From assembly GCA_047967505.1 (NCBI GenBank), contig CM106538.1: a stretch of 64,000 nucleotides of DNA; one strand, 5' to 3'. The notes beneath the pieces are model-generated. The model ran no database searches. It had not been told where the DNA came from and worked only from the letters and a program-made list of their open reading frames with translations. The translations under genes and the position numbers were made by a program. Shown here one piece after another: positions 38,405 through 52,952 of this stretch (the first letter of the stretch is position 1; each line of letters starts with the position of its first letter). This DNA is from Dipteris shenzhenensis. Its lineage: Eukaryota.

Positions 38405-39828
38405 GTGCCTAGAATCCCTTCTCTGCCTTACTCTAGCACACTACACTCTAAACACCACACCTCTACTCTAGCCCCAGGTTTCCCATTGGAATCCTTCACA
38501 CCTCGAGTTTTCAGAATCACGACCACTTGCAAGCTAACCCTCTCCGATGCTTGCTCGACCATGCCGGCATTTGGGGCACATGCACTTCGTTTGCCTGGTT
38601 CTTCATTACCCCCTGCCCAGGGTGAGAGTAGAGCCGTCAATGTCCGCCCATGGTGCATTAAATGCATCTGGGCCCTCAGCTAGATGTGGACGGCCAAGCT
38701 TGCATGTCCATGATCCGTGGGCTGTGCAATGGTGCGCTAGTCTATTGTAAACACCCTAATCTAGTTTCCCACTATACTTTGGAAAAACCATCACCAAAAT
38801 AATAAAAACCCATTATATATAGTAATTCCGGCGGGCCTTAATCCAGCCACACATACATCTTCAACGTTTTCCCACGACATTAAAATCCAAGAGATAGCAT
38901 CTCTTTTACTCTATGAGTTGATCAAGTTTGTTTGCTTAACATGGATAAAATGTCGAATCAATAGAAAGGTGTGTTCCATTGTGAGAGTCCTTATTAATCT
39001 AACGAGGTTTGTATTTTGGGACCCTCGAAATCTTTTATTGGAGTCGGCAAGATGCTACAAAACAAATTTGTTTAATTGAGAAAGTATAAAGAAAAGTCAT
39101 GCCACATTGATTGACAAAGTATAAAGAAAATTCATGCCACATAATGTAGTTTTGCCACATCCAAAATTGATTTTCTAAATAACCATTGTACCCAAATTTG
39201 ATTTTTTAAAGGACTATCATAGCCAAAAACTACAACATGTGCAAAGGGCTTTATATAAGAATTGAACTTTCTAAGCTACATGTATGAAGTGTTTTCTCTT
39301 CTACTTGTATAATGGTTTGTAAACTTGTTCATTGATGATTGCATCACAAATGTTAATCCAACTAGGACCATCAATCTTTGCTTATCAACTTTTGAGGTGA
39401 ACTTCTCTACTGAGGTTAAGCTACTTGATGGGGCCATAAGGCCACCTACCTATCATGTAGCTTGACAGGAGAGGCACACGTTTGTTGTTTACACAGCTCC
39501 TTGATCTGATATCTCTAGCTCAAGATATTATCTTTTGAAGCCTTAACTTCTTTTGTGTTCCTAGAACTTATGTTCATCTCAATTTGAGCACTTCGAAGAG
39601 TGCTATAGTGGAGAGAGGTTTGTAATTGGATGTTCTTCTCTTTGGCCAATCATTTTGAGTTTTCGTTCTTAGGAGCCCTGATGTGTAGAGGAGTTTACAT
39701 TCCTTTTTTTTATTCTTTTAGTGATTGAGTACTTTGGAGTAGACTTTTGGAAAGGTCTAAGCATTTTATTACAGATTGGCCCCTTTTAACTGTAAAGCAC
39801 AATAGTGCAATGTAAGCCTATGTCAATG

Positions 39829-39831
<3 letters not shown>

Positions 39832-39872
<41 letters not shown>
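39832..39872. repeat. (GA)n microsatellite
   Basis: About 20 GA units. Confidence 0.95.
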
Positions 39873-39875
<3 letters not shown>

Positions 39876-40871
39876 CAATTGAGACAAGCAAAACAAGGCT
39901 AAGGCACAAATGTAGCTTAGATTGATGTATGTGACAGGCAAGCACAATGGTGCCCTTTTACAACCCCTATCTTCTCACACTCACAAACATCATGGGTGAT
40001 GTCATTGCAGGGAATGTCCTTGACATCATAGATGATGTTACACAAGAAAAGAATTAAATCTAATCCAACAAGTGAGATAAGTGGCCATGTAGGGGCACCT
40101 TCATACCCACACACTTAGGACTAAAACACATGGATCATAAACTCATGTAGTTGAAGGACAAAATGATGTAATGGGGTGAACCAAGGTGTACAAGGTTTGT
40201 GTGAGTTTGTGTGTCACCACATGGTGGTTAGTGTGACCAAGTTAGGTGGTAGAAGGTTCTATTAGGTGTGATTGAGAGATTCATGGGCTTGATTGAGAGA
40301 TCAGTGGAGTGATTTGTGGATCTGGAGATGCTCTCCTTTGGGGCACATGCATTGTATCAGTTGCCCTTATAAGGGCCTCTCCTCTCTTGAATAAACTACT
40401 CTATTTGTTCATCTTGTTGCCTCTATCTTGTCACCATGCTACTCCAACAGTAGTAATCTCAGCAACATCCTTGATAGCCAATGAAGCTAAAGATTCTTGT
40501 GAACCTCAAGCACTTTGGGATGAAGGAGCTCAATTAGCTCTCAGCCTCACTCCAACCTCATCACTTTCAATGTCAAGGATACCATGATTCTGATCATCCA
40601 AGAAAATATGTCAATTGGGAATGCATTGAAAGCATTGGAGAGCATACTCAAATCATTGGAGAATATATTCATTGCAAAGAACATATTTGGGATCATTGAA
40701 AATAAACTTAAAAATTCTAAGAACTTACAGTCATAAGTAGGTCTAGACTACCTTGTATGACTCAAAAATCTTATAGACTAGTTAGGATCAATTGGATAGG
40801 AAACTAAGACTAAAAGACTAGTTCAAATTGCATTGAATCGTCTAGGGAATAACTATGGGCAAATTGTGACA
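39871..40871 (+). mobile_element. Probable solo LTR (~1 kb)
   Basis: Inverted termini (A)GTCACAATT...AATTGTGACA; central CCTTATAAGG; no PBS follows; TSD not evident. Confidence 0.5.
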
Positions 40872-42026
40872 GCCATGGTCACCAAGGATGCTACATTGAC
40901 TTTTGAGGTCATTTTTGATATTCTAATGCAAAACAAGTGCATAGAAGTTCACTATTGATCCAAAGAATCATGATTAGACATTCTCTACTAACGGCATAAG
41001 TTTCCAAAGAGATTGAGGTAGAAATCAGTATGACTTAAGTAGAAAAAATCATCAAGCAAAATGTAGCTATTCACATAGATATTCATCTAATTACCAAACA
41101 CGTAGCTTCATCTTCCTCACATCAGCACGTTTGTTAAAGAAGAAAACATAACTAATATGTTTGTGCACTTCTCTAGCTTCATTCTATCCTGCCATCTCCA
41201 ACAAGAACCATCTCTAAAAGCTTCTATATACTATGGAGGGCCTATAGCAAACTATTATGGCCAAAACACCTCACCTTGTTCAACTTAGCACCATGAATGT
41301 GCAAGGAGCTTTCAACTCCTCCTTCAGACAACCTTGCCTACAAAATGGCAAAAGTGGAGAGTGTAGAAGTGCTAGGAAGACCTAAAACAACCTAAATCTA
41401 TGGTCTTGGATACTCCCTAAGGTCTCTACATGAACAAAACAAGTAAATTTAAGTAAGTAACAAACAAGGGTAAGCACTCATGGAAGTGAATTCGAAGCTT
41501 CCTCAGTTGGGTATGGAGAAACCTAAGGGGTCATTGTTTATAAACCCCCCATAGCACACACAAGCAAGCTTTTATTAAAAATACCCTAATCTTACATTTT
41601 TCAATTTTCTTATATAATTGATAAACCTGCTCTTGGATGTATATATTTTTCACCCTTAGAATTTAGATAATCTTTCGTAAATCTACACATATAAACTACA
41701 ATAAGTTGCTCTATTATAAATCCCCTCATGCATGTAAATGGCACATAAGTCTCCCTATTAAAATTACCCCTCCATGCACTAACGTACTATATTACATGTC
41801 TATGAGTGACGCCCCAGGTGGAGAAACGACATGGGAAAAGGGAATATGTAGTAAAGTTGGCCAAAAAGTAAATCTTTTTTGATGCAAATTTGAGTCATGT
41901 ACATAAGATTTTAAGGTACATCCAAATTGCCTTTCACGAGTGTGTGTGAGGAGCAAGTTTTTCGAGCGAGTTTTGGAGCGAGTTTTTTTTGGCATCCCAC
42001 TATGTCTTATTCCACCTATTCCAGTT

Positions 42027-42030
<4 letters not shown>

Positions 42031-42100
<70 letters not shown>
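42031..42100. repeat. (CT)n microsatellite
   Basis: About 35 CT units. Confidence 0.95.
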
Positions 42101-42103
<3 letters not shown>

Positions 42104-42180
42104 TGACATCTCTCTCAACTATTCAAGGTTGAGTCCACCTGTGTCCAACACTTGGATCGTGGGATATGCCTTTGAGGCAT

Positions 42181-45100
42181 TGTTAACATCCACAGAGTAC
42201 AGCCACCGAATGCAGGGTAATTAGTGAGTAAAGGTGACCAGGCCGAATGATCTACCTCAATGGACAAGCTCAAGGGAGTTTGATCCCCAAATACACCAAA
42301 GTCAGTGATTACAAGCAATGTGCATACGGAAGGAGTATAGCTCAAACTCAGGGAGTTTGATCCCCAAATACCCAAAGTCCGCTCCAAAGTCCAAGGATTC
42401 AAGGATTCCAGGCACATGCTGTATGATCCAGCTACCAGCACTAGGAACAAGGAGATGCACACTTCAGGTCCACATCCACGGAAGTAAAAGAAGCGCAAGC
42501 AACATGCACTTTTCAGCTCCACATCCACGAAAATAGCCACGCAAATGGAAATAGCCATGAAAGGAGTACAACTCAAACTCAGGGAGTTTGATCCCCAAAT
42601 ATCTCGAGACAGGGTTACCGTTGAGTGTCTTGTGGAAGTTGAGCCTCGCCACTCTAGGTTTTGAGCCTCATGCATGCATGACCACAAACAGGTTAAGGTG
42701 TGAGGGTGCTCAAGGAGTTTGAGCCCCAAATCACCTAAGCATAGGAGTGGCGAGGCTAACACAAGCGCTATTTGGGAGCCGATTAGGAACACCTCCTAAC
42801 GCCAGGCTTGTCCCAAGCACTTTAATATGGTTAATACAAGCATTATTTCCGCTAGTAGGGAGAGAAGGGGTAACAATAGCAATATGCCTTGGCAACCTAC
42901 GAGCCCAAGAGCCCTTGGTTGTTGTAAAGTGAGGGAGAGTGCTAAAAAGGAAAAGGGTAGGCCCTCCCTTCAAAAGGTGACTTGTATAAAAGGCCAAATG
43001 GTTGACTTTGGTCTTCATTGTTGTTTGCACCAAGTTGAATACAAGCTCCCTCTTCTCTTCCAAGAGAGTGTTTTGGGTGTTCTCTTGTTTCCTTCATAGT
43101 GCCTTTGTGGTTGTCACTATATCCCCCTTCACTCCCTTCTCCTTCTTCCCTTCCTTCTCCCTCCTTCTCCCTTCCTTCTTCCTCTCTCCTTCCCTCTTCC
43201 TCGTGTGAAACCACATTGCAACAATCCGGAGGTCGCTTGCGTGACACTTGTGGATGACTCGTGCTATACATTGCTCCCACAAGGAGTAGCTAGGAGTGGA
43301 GACTCTGTCGGCATATCTTCAACATCCCCATGACACGTGAGTCACCACCGAGACCCACTACGTTTTTGGTGCCGCTGCCGGGGATAAAAGGTATGCTTTT
43401 GCATTTGCACTTGTCTTCCTTCGTCGATATATTCCCATTGCACAAGTCTTCAAGCTTACCTTGGAGCTTGTTAGTGGAGTTGTAGGAGAGAAGAGAGGTG
43501 GAATGTGAGAGAGAGGACGGAAATCTTTTTTTCTTGTAGGAAAGCCATTTGTGAGCATGGGAAGCTTGTCTTTGATGCTTTTTGGTATTTCAAGTTGATA
43601 GGAACTCATAGGCTTGACTTTTAGGTGTGTGTGAGGTCCAAACACCTCAAAAAACCACAAAATTAAGGATTTTTGCCAAGTTTTGAAGTAGTTTTGTGTC
43701 TTAGAACTCACCCTTCTGAATTTTTGCAATTTGGCTTTCAAAAAGTGTTTTGTTTTCAACTTTTTTCATTGAGTAGGTAGATTAGGTAGTGTAGCATCCC
43801 CCCATCACAAAAGTTCATGAACAGAAACTGCAAAATCTTCAGAATCATCAAATCTCAGTTGGCGACACTATGTGTGACTATCCCATTGAGTCGACGCTGT
43901 AGCCCTATCACACCGACCAAATACCGCACCGATCGGTGCGCTATTCGTATCCTGCTGGTCAACCTATGTTGACTTGATGCTATAGTTCTATCCTGCTAAC
44001 CTAAACTCTGACCACGGTCTACCTCGTCGCACTGAGTTAATGCGTGTTAGAGTTACTTCCGTGTCGACCTGATAGCCGTTGACTGGTGCTATAGAGTTAC
44101 CCCATTGACCGTTGCTATTCTACTACTCCATCGCCGGTGTGGTGAACCGATCCCCACGCCCGTGCTCATAATCGTTCCCCTCTGCTCGTTGTGTTACTCC
44201 CATCATGTCACCCGTCTCGTTGTTTTGATCCCGTTGTCTGATGTTTTACATTTACCCCGCCGATCGTCGTGATACACTTATCCCACCAATCGTTGACGTT
44301 TTGATTCCCACGCCCATCGCAATACTATCCCGTTGATTGACATGTTGGTAAGATCCCACCGATTCCCTATTCTGCCGCCTGTTGTTATGCCATAGCCCTA
44401 CATCGATGGGGATAGCCCTTGCGACCGTTCGCACTGACCACGTGACAATCATTATTCTGCCGATCGTCGTGATACATTTATCTCACCTCTCGGTGTTATA
44501 TTCTTATTCTACGGCCATCGCTATACGCTTACACCATCGCCTGTCACTAAAACCATATTACACTGCCTGTTGCTATACCCATAGCCCACCGACCGATGCT
44601 ATAGATCTATCCCGCCGACCGGTGCGATACCTCTGGGGTAGCCAAAGAATTAAAAGAAAATTCAAGAACCTCAGTTTAGCCTAAGTGTCCTCAGCTAGAG
44701 GCATCCCACATGCACTTGAGCTCTGGAAGGATTTTGCCAAAGGATCCTAAGCTAGAAGAAAGTGCTTCGAGCTACACTCAACCCACCCTCCGTCCTAGCT
44801 GGTAATCCGAAAGCTCGATACTGAGCCTCCACTCGTTCGTAGGCCCCCGACCAGAAACTCTATCTAGTTCAAACAAAATAGAGAGTCTTGAAGAAGTGAT
44901 GCAAGACCCCTTGGTTCCAAGGGCCTCAGCAGCTCCATTCACAAGTGTAGCCTCTCCCAACTCTCCTGCACCTTTGGTTGCATCCAGGCTTAGAGGTATG
45001 TTCTCTAACATGTTCGGCTGCTTGGGACGAACAGAGTCGGCAAACATGGAGAACCCCTTTGCCGACATGTCCGCAGGAAGGAAAGACTAGCAGTAGACAG

Positions 45101-48100
45101 CTCTTGAACCCAGACTGGGACAGAAACCACCTTCGCTCATCCAGGTCCCTCCGCTTATGCCAGACCTCCCTAGTGGGAGAACATGGATGATGAAGATCCA
45201 TGGATGAGGGAATTCCGTAGACAAGACCCAAGTCGAGGGGAGACTAGGAACTTCCAAGGTGGAGTGCCTTATGATCCTCCCAACAGCCTTGGCGCCACCA
45301 GCCTTCGTAAACTATGGGGCACCATAGTTTCCACCCTACTGCTCGCTACACGGAACTAATGTTACCATGCCCATGACCAACCACCTCCGGGAGTCCATCC
45401 CTTCCCGTCTATACCAGTTGCAGCAATGAATGCAGGCTTGGGTACCTTCGTCCCAATGCTAGCACTAGTGACTACATGGGGACCACCACCTAGGCCAGGC
45501 GTCAAGCCAGCCCTGCGACCCGTCCAGCCCATAGTAAGCTGAGATTAACTACACTACCACCGAGAGGGAAGGTCTCTCCATGGTCTATGCAATAAAGAAG
45601 TTCAATCACTACTTGTTAGCTAACAAGTTTGTCTTCTTCGTGGACCATCAAGCATTGCTATACTTGGTCAACAAACCCTACATGACAAGCCGTATCACTA
45701 GGTGGATGCTGATCCTACTAGAATTTGACTTCACGGTCACTGTGCATAAGGGCAAAACCCACGTTCTAGCCAACCACCTATGTAGTTGAGATCACTCCCC
45801 AGGGATCGTGCCGAATTCGAATAGCCACCCTGGAGGGAACAGAAATGAATGGCTACCTAAATGGGAGCATTGCCACAAGTGCAGGGGCCGACATCCAGTT
45901 CACCACCATCTACAAGCCCGAAGTAGAGCGACTAGCAAGAGCCTTGCAATGGCTCACTCAAGTTAAACACATGGGCCATCATCAGTCTATTAAGCCCAAT
46001 ATCTTGCTGCAAATGGTGGACTTCCAAGAGACAAATTGGGCAGACTACTTTTGTAGCCAGATGCGAGAGGATCTCGACACCCACGAGGAAATTATCGACA
46101 ATCCCATGTTGTACATGCCGGTCCTCTATTACTTAAGGAGTCAACATTCGCTAGTCGGCTTCGGCCTCATAAAGAAATCCACCACCGGACCAGTACAAAC
46201 CGAGAAAGAAAAAACGGAGGTGAAGCCCAAGAGAGCAAGGACAATGCCTAGTGTCACTCTGGTAATTCTTCATGTGCAACCGAAAACAAGTCAGTTGCTC
46301 AACCAATATGAGGACCGCGAATTGCATGAATTCATGCAACAACAACTGTGCCTCTAGTGGGCGGATTCTCAAGATAAGGACAAATAGGTTCAAGGAGGGC
46401 CTATTAACATTGAAGACCTCTAGAGTGATGAGACAATCGAAATCGGCCTCCATACAAGAGCCGAAACTATGCCAACAACCCCCGCTACACCCTACGTCTC
46501 AGTCTCCACCACCCCTCAAGAGACAACCCTTTGCCACCGGCACCTCTTCCACTCCATGGGCAGGCCTAGCGGAGGCCATACAATTTTGCAGCACACCCCA
46601 GTATAAGGCATCATGTGGCTATAGCCACATGATGGCGGCAGAGCAGTTGTCACACGTGGACGCGATGGAGCCGAACCTCTTTGAAGCCATGGCACAACTA
46701 CCCCAAGTCGCCCACACGATCTAACACAGGAGGCAGGAGCAAGCCTCATAGCTCTCCGCCAGCCAGCTCTTTGTGCATGAAAGCCAATCGACAATGGTCA
46801 TAGTCTAGGCAATAGGCCATGCCGCAATACATAGAGCCAAAGAATACCGAGCCAAGGTGTAAGAGCTCGAGCTCGCTCTTACAAGGCTCAAGGACGACCT
46901 CCCTGGTCCAGACGGTCATGGACCAAGTGGACCTTGTAGAGTCAACCTTGCGCACAATGCTAGAGCAGCAGGCACAGGTAGAGCAGTGATATGCTCGCTC
47001 ACAGGAGTCCCACAACCAATAGATCTACTCCTTATAGGATCTCCTGGCATAAGAGAGGAACCTAACAGTCTCCCTCTAAGAAGAAATCAAAAGGCAGTGC
47101 ACCACTAGCCAATCTGAGGAGTCAGAATTGGAAGATCGTGAGCAACAGGAGTTCCAGATGTACAATGGGGTGTTTGCACAATTAGCCACATACACACTTG
47201 CACCATGCACCATCTCCCAAATCCTTCAAATGCACTTTGACGCACTCCGTGCACAAAATCTCATTTTCCACCTAGACCTCACTACTCCACTTCCTCCTAA
47301 CGCCCTCCAGACTATACTTTGCCATAATCCCGACCACTGCCACCCCATCATAGCCATGTCATATTTGTCTCTTGATCTTCAGCCCACTTCTCTATCTCTT
47401 CTCCACTGCTCTGATCTCCAAACACTATTAGCCCATCCCATCCTTCTTAATTTTCAAGCCTAGTGCCATGTCATCACACTGAGTCTGTTAATTATCCTAC
47501 GGATGATGAAGTGATGCAACTCGCAACGAGGAGCTCATGCCATGGGTCTACACTCCTGAAAGTCTGCATGTAGACATCAATTGATGCAGACTTATGGCCG
47601 AGAGCCTCAGCCATCCAATCTCAAGGGCACCTTGCAGCCTACCAATCCACAACCTACCAACACCTCGGAATAATAATCCTCTTTAATAGGGTGCTATAGG
47701 CTATCCAAGACTCACTTGAGTCCTTGGTGAGCAATTTTGAAACAATTCACGTAGCCTACTGAGAGGAAGTCATTGAGAGGAAGAGGGAAATAATGCAATC
47801 ACCCTCTTTAATACCACCGCCCCCTGTAGAAATTCTACTACCGCCTCCTTTAGATCCTGCCCTACCCACCCAACAAGCTGCCCACCCTCCCCTCCCTCGG
47901 ACGACATTGCCCGAGTACTCGTCTAATGCCTCTAACACCACCACCGCATAGCATGGACCCTCCTAGTCCATCTCCTCCAACACTCTGGTCGACCTTCTTG
48001 ATGAAGCCTTCAATACGCTACTCAAAGCAATAAATTTTGTACAAAGAGATGATGCAGCAACTCCTATAGGCAAAACGGAGCCGGAGCCCCATGCCACTTG

Positions 48101-50820
48101 CTGATGATGATGCTCCGCCATCCCCACCAGTTTCTCCCCTTGAAGATGCCCACTGGTGCCTAGACTTACAGTCCTTTCAGGAGCTTCCAGATAGTGTGCT
48201 CATGCACCATTGCGAAGCGATAGCTTGAGGGCTCACACCTCCACCTCTACAAAATTCTTAAGGTGTGCCCCCTCACACAGTGCATCATGCAGTCCTTTGA
48301 TAACTGGTAGCCACGCACATCCCAAGCGCATGAGAGGAGGATACAACCTTGCCCCTAATGCCCTAGTCTTCATGACCGATGTCGATGCCTATCAACAGCC
48401 AAATTGGCAGCTCCCCTTCTTAAAGTTGGAGAAATTTTGGCACTACTACCACAGCGTGCCTATCGATCGTCGAGTCCACCCACTCTACATGTCCATGGAA
48501 TGACGATGGACATGGGCCGCATTTTGAGACCTCCAGTAGTAGGACCCAAATGTGTTGTACAACTTTCCCAAAGAAATGACGTAGGAGGGATTTTGGTTCT
48601 GCCTCTAGTCATTCAATGACAAATACAGCTCAATGCCAGATCCTACCGTCATCGCCGCCATCCATTTCAACCACCTTATCCTCTTGCTCCTTCGTGATCT
48701 TCCCGCCCATAACCACCCCATTGACGACCACATCCACAATCTGAACAACCAGATTGTCTTCAACCCCGACGTTGGTCAGACTCAGTTCTAGGACCTCTGC
48801 CTCTACCTTCGCGTCTGTAATCTCCACGGGCATCACCTCCGCACTTACGAGGATATGCATGCCACACATTTTTGGAAGTATGGCAACCTCACTTGCCTCA
48901 CGTCACAATAGCTGGACTGCTATGCCATCCTACAATTCGTCCTCACCACACCAACCTCCTCTAACACGGCTAACACATGGACAGATCAGCAACAGAAAAG
49001 GGGGCATGTTAACATCCACAGAGTACAGCTGCCAAATGTAGGGTAATCAGTGAGTAAAGGTGACTAGGCCGAATGATACCCCCATGCCCTCAACCATCAT
49101 ATCCCTAAAGCAATGTGCACATGGAAGGAGTATAGCTCAAACTTAGGGAGTTTGATCCCCAGATACCCAAAGTCTACTTCAAAGTCCAAGGATTCAAGGA
49201 TTCCAGGCACAGGCTATATGATCCAGTTACCACCACCAGAAACAAGGAGAGGCACACTTCAGGTCCACATTCACGAAAGTAAAAGGAGCATAAGCAACGT
49301 GCACTTTTCAGCTCCACATCCATGAAAATAGCCACACCAATGGAAATAGCCATGAAAGGAGTATAGCTCAAACTTAGGGAGTTTGATCTGTTAGATATCA
49401 ATGCTCCACTCTCGTGTAACTATGCAGAAACTAGCTAACTCTACTTGTAAGCCCCCCATATGAGGAGAAGGCATTTGAGTAGCTCGGTTATCTGGTAGGT
49501 CCTGGTTTGGACACTAGATGGGGGCCATGTTTGGCCTGATGGCTGGACGGCTTCAGATAGAGTTGGCATACTACCAACTAGGCTAAATGTAAGTGTGGGA
49601 AGGCATTCTATGACTGACTGCACTGAGGGTAGATGGAGCATTTCTTGGGGCAGCCCACTCTCGAGTTGCGAGCCCTGTTTGGAGCCCCAGATGGATCCTG
49701 GATGGCTGTGGGCCGAACGGAGACCATAGGTTAGTTGCTCTATTTTGCACACCGGTTCTATCGTGTGGTCGATGGCCTATTTCGGGACCGACCCCCAGTC
49801 AGCCGTTTTGGGCAGGACTGGGTCGGCGGTCACCCACCAATTGGGTCCAACCAACTACTAGTGGTGGCTATATAAGAGCAAGCCCGTGAAGCCCATTTCA
49901 TCACTGGCTACAGCAACCCTGATTCCTTAGCATCCAGCCTCCGTTCTCTATTGTTTCCAGCATGCCATCGAAGCTTCTCTCACAAGAGCGCACGGCTGGG
50001 AGGCAGTGCCATCTATTGTTCAGTTTTACAGTAATCAAATTTTCAATTCTCCATACTATCTGCTTTTCTCTCTTGCATACTAGATCTTGTTATCTGTTGA
50101 GCATAGATGTTGTATTATTTTCTTACATGATCCCCAAATATCCCGAGACAAGGTTATTGTTGAGTATCTTGCAGAAGCTGAGCCTCACCACTCTAGGTTT
50201 TGAGTCTCATGCATCATGCATGACCACAAACAGGTTAAGGTTTGAGGGCGCTTAGGGAGTTTGAGCCCCGAATTGCCTAAGCCTAGGAGTGGCGAGGCTA
50301 ACACAAGCGCTATTTGCGAGCCAGTTAGGAATATTTCCTAATGCCAGGCTTGTCCCGAGCACTTTAATATGGTTAACACAAGCACTATTTTTGTTAGTAG
50401 GGAGAGATGGTAAGAATAGCAATATGCCTTGGCACCCTATGGGCCCAAGAGCCCTTGGTTGTAAAGTGAGGGAGAGTGCTAAAAGGGAAAAGGGTTGGCC
50501 CTCCCTTCAAAAGGTGACTTATATAAAAGGCCAAATGGTTGACTTTGGTCTTCATTGTTGTTTGCACCAAGTTGAATATAAGCTCCCTCTTCTCTTCCAA
50601 GAGACTGTTTTGGGTGTTCTCTTGTTTCCTTCATAGTGCCTTTGTGGTTGTCACTCTATCCCCCTTCACTCCCTTCTCCTTCTTCCCTTCCTGCTCCCTC
50701 CTTCTCCCTTCCTTCTTCCTCTCTCCTTCCCTCTTCCTCGTGTGAAATCACATTGCAACAACAATCCGGAGGCTGCTTGCGTGACACTTGTGAATGACGT
50801 GCTATGCATTGCTCCCTCCC
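42181..50820 (+). mobile_element. Internally deleted Athila/Tat-like Ty3/gypsy element: 5' LTR 42181-43362, PBS 43367-43385, RNase H fragment 45537-45786, accessory ORF remnants, PPT 48994-49006, 3' LTR 49007-~50820 (truncated at a microsatellite)
   Basis: Both LTRs start TGTTAACATCCACAGAGTACAG and align over ~1 kb. PBS TGGTGCCGCTGCCGGGGAT resembles the Athila-type tRNA-Asp PBS. RNase H reads NYTTTEREGLSMVYAIKKFNHYL...VDHQAL...RWMLILLEFDF. PPT AGAAAAGGGGGCA. Confidence 0.85.
49389..50127 (+). mobile_element. Solo LTR (739 bp) inserted in the 3' LTR of the Athila-like element
   Basis: Termini TGTTAG...TTACA; 5-bp TSD TGATC (49384-49388 and 50128-50132); absent from the 5' LTR; CTATATAAG TATA at ~49868. 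Confidence 0.9.
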
Positions 50821-50895
50821 TCCCTCCCTCCCTCCCTCCCTCCCTCTCTCTCTCTCTCATACACACCTCTCTCTGTCTCTCTCTCTCTCTCTCTC
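50815..50895. repeat. (CCCT)n/(CT)n microsatellite
   Basis: Direct reading. Confidence 0.85.
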
Positions 50896-51129
50896 CGTGC
50901 CTGAGAAAGGCCTCTATCTTTCCCCCCCTATCTTTCTCTTTTTTGTCTTGTAATGAGGGTTTTTGTGCCATGAATGTAGGTCAAACCCTAACTTTGTACC
51001 GTATCCTCAATCCGCATTCTAGCAAGAATGGCATCACCTGTATTCAAGCGAGATGACATCATCATCTTGTATGATGACAAATACGATCCCGTGGCTCAGG
51101 CACGCATTTGTTAGACACATGAGTCGAAA

Positions 51130-52952
51130 GGCATTCGATCTGACGACATTGGTGTCATCATTTTGTGCATGCATGATAAGGTTCCGTGGAAAGGAATCAA
51201 CAAGTATGGGGCTAAAGTGGACCTCAAAGAGAAAATGTTACTCGTGTGGCCCGTTAAACAAGTGGTGAGCTATCATGTCCTTCTTCCTTTGCATCAGCTT
51301 AGAGTGGCTTTTCCTGAACCCATTTTACCAATATCTGTGAATAGAGACTTGATGATATAGCCCAGCTCGATGATGAGGACATGCCTCCGACAGGGGGTGC
51401 AACTTTTGCTAGAGGAAGACTGCATGGTCTCAGGGGTGCTACTTCAATGCAAGGGGGAGGTAGATGAAGAAGGACAAGCAATTGGCCAGAGAGGAGTCCG
51501 AGGACGATGACGAGGAGGGTTCCCTTGGAGAGATAGCACTGAGCACCTCCTATGACAAGAAAACCATGCGGGAGTGCATCGAGGACTAGCTACAATCAGT
51601 CACTGTGAGTAGTTCAGCCTTTTGAAGGTCTATAATCTCAAGGCACGGAGTGAAAGTGAATGTTTGGGCTAAATAAAAAAATTTCCTTTATAGGTGGAAA
51701 AAAGTCGATTGCTCCCAATGCCCACATCCTGCACCCAAGAGAACATTCTTCTCAAGTGGGTACTTGTTGCCGGGTTTGGGTGTCTTCATCATGTCCATCG
51801 CCACACCAAAGATGCAAAAGGGAGACATGGATGAGGATGTGAAAAGGGAGTGGAATGTGCACTGGCTCCATAAGCACGAAGAATTTGAGGAAGAAATTAG
51901 GAACATAGAGTGGGCATTCTTGTCCAATTCCTTATTTTACATTTGGGATGGGAACCATTGCCACACAGGTTGGATGATCGAGATAAGGACATGTAAGTAT
52001 GTAGTCCATTGATTTAGGTGTAGCCACATTTCATTTGTTTTCAACTCATGAATTCTTTTTTTCTTTTGAGTGCCAGCCTTTCCTAATGATGAGCGCCGGC
52101 ATATACGTGTCCAATGCCATTTAGTGGAGGTGCCCATGGAAGATGAAGGAGAGTTGTTGTCTGCATTATCAAAGATGAATAGGTGAGTTCGATGATTCTT
52201 GATGAATGCACTGTGTCTTTAGCTACCTCACCCTTTCTGAAGGATCGTTTAATATGTTGCTTTCGACTCCAGGCTATAGCACAAAAGTGGGTTGTCACCA
52301 TCACTTTTCTGGACCTCATTTGTGAGGCCAGAGTGTTGGGTGCTGTATCAAATGTGGCAATCCACTAAAGATTGTCAACCATCAAGTAGAAACATTGGCT
52401 AGACACCCATAGGAAGAAGGCAGCTATGAAAGTGCATTGGTACAAAAACCCTCTTCCAGCCCTCGTACACATGATGTGGAAGGTAAGGATCAATAATGGA
52501 ACACTTTTCCCTTTCCTTCTCTAGTTTTCGTAATATGTTTGTTGATGACAAGGCAACGAATGCATATGTGACACATATGACAAACACTTGCGTCCAGTCA
52601 TGCATAGCTGTAGTGAGTTGTCGGCTGCTGACTTTTGAAAGAAATCGAGCGAAGCATACTACAGTGTGAACAACAAGATCTTGAAGCATACACATCGACT
52701 CCTGAAGTTGGTTGACCCTGCACTAGGGGCAAGATGGTCCAAATAAGTGAATTGTGGGGATTACATGTGGAATGACAATGATTAGATGACAAGCTTGCAT
52801 ATGAAGTGATTGTTTATCGAAACCATTTTCGGTTTGCAAGACTGTCACCACTCTGGACTAGGGGATGAAGCCCTCAGAGGCGATCAATGAGGAGAGGTTG
52901 TATAGCCTCGCAATGTGAGGGTTGACTGAGGACGATAAAGTGAGGTCTATGG
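51130..52952 (+). pseudogene. Degenerate multi-exon gene with a ParB/Srx-like motif
   Basis: LPGLGVFIMSI...WLHKHEEFEEEI...LSNSLFYIWDGNHCHTGWMIEIRT, then an intron (GTAAGT ~51993 to CCAG ~52076), then FPNDERRHIRVQCHLVEV...LLSALSKMN and GTGAGT. Several stops; cut by the LTR at 52953. Confidence 0.55.

Noticed and set aside
38306-38750. Plus-strand ORFs suggesting a divergent gene
   Set aside because: They are antisense to CPP1 exon 1 and its 5' UTR, with no motif or splice support.
41950-41998. Mutator-like terminal repeat (GGGATGCCAAAAAAAACTCGCTCC on the minus strand)
   Set aside because: No partner TIR or TSD was found in the window.
41792-42792. ORFs with ER/SL repeats and a 225-aa ORF
   Set aside because: They are translations of the (CT)n microsatellite and of LTR sequence.
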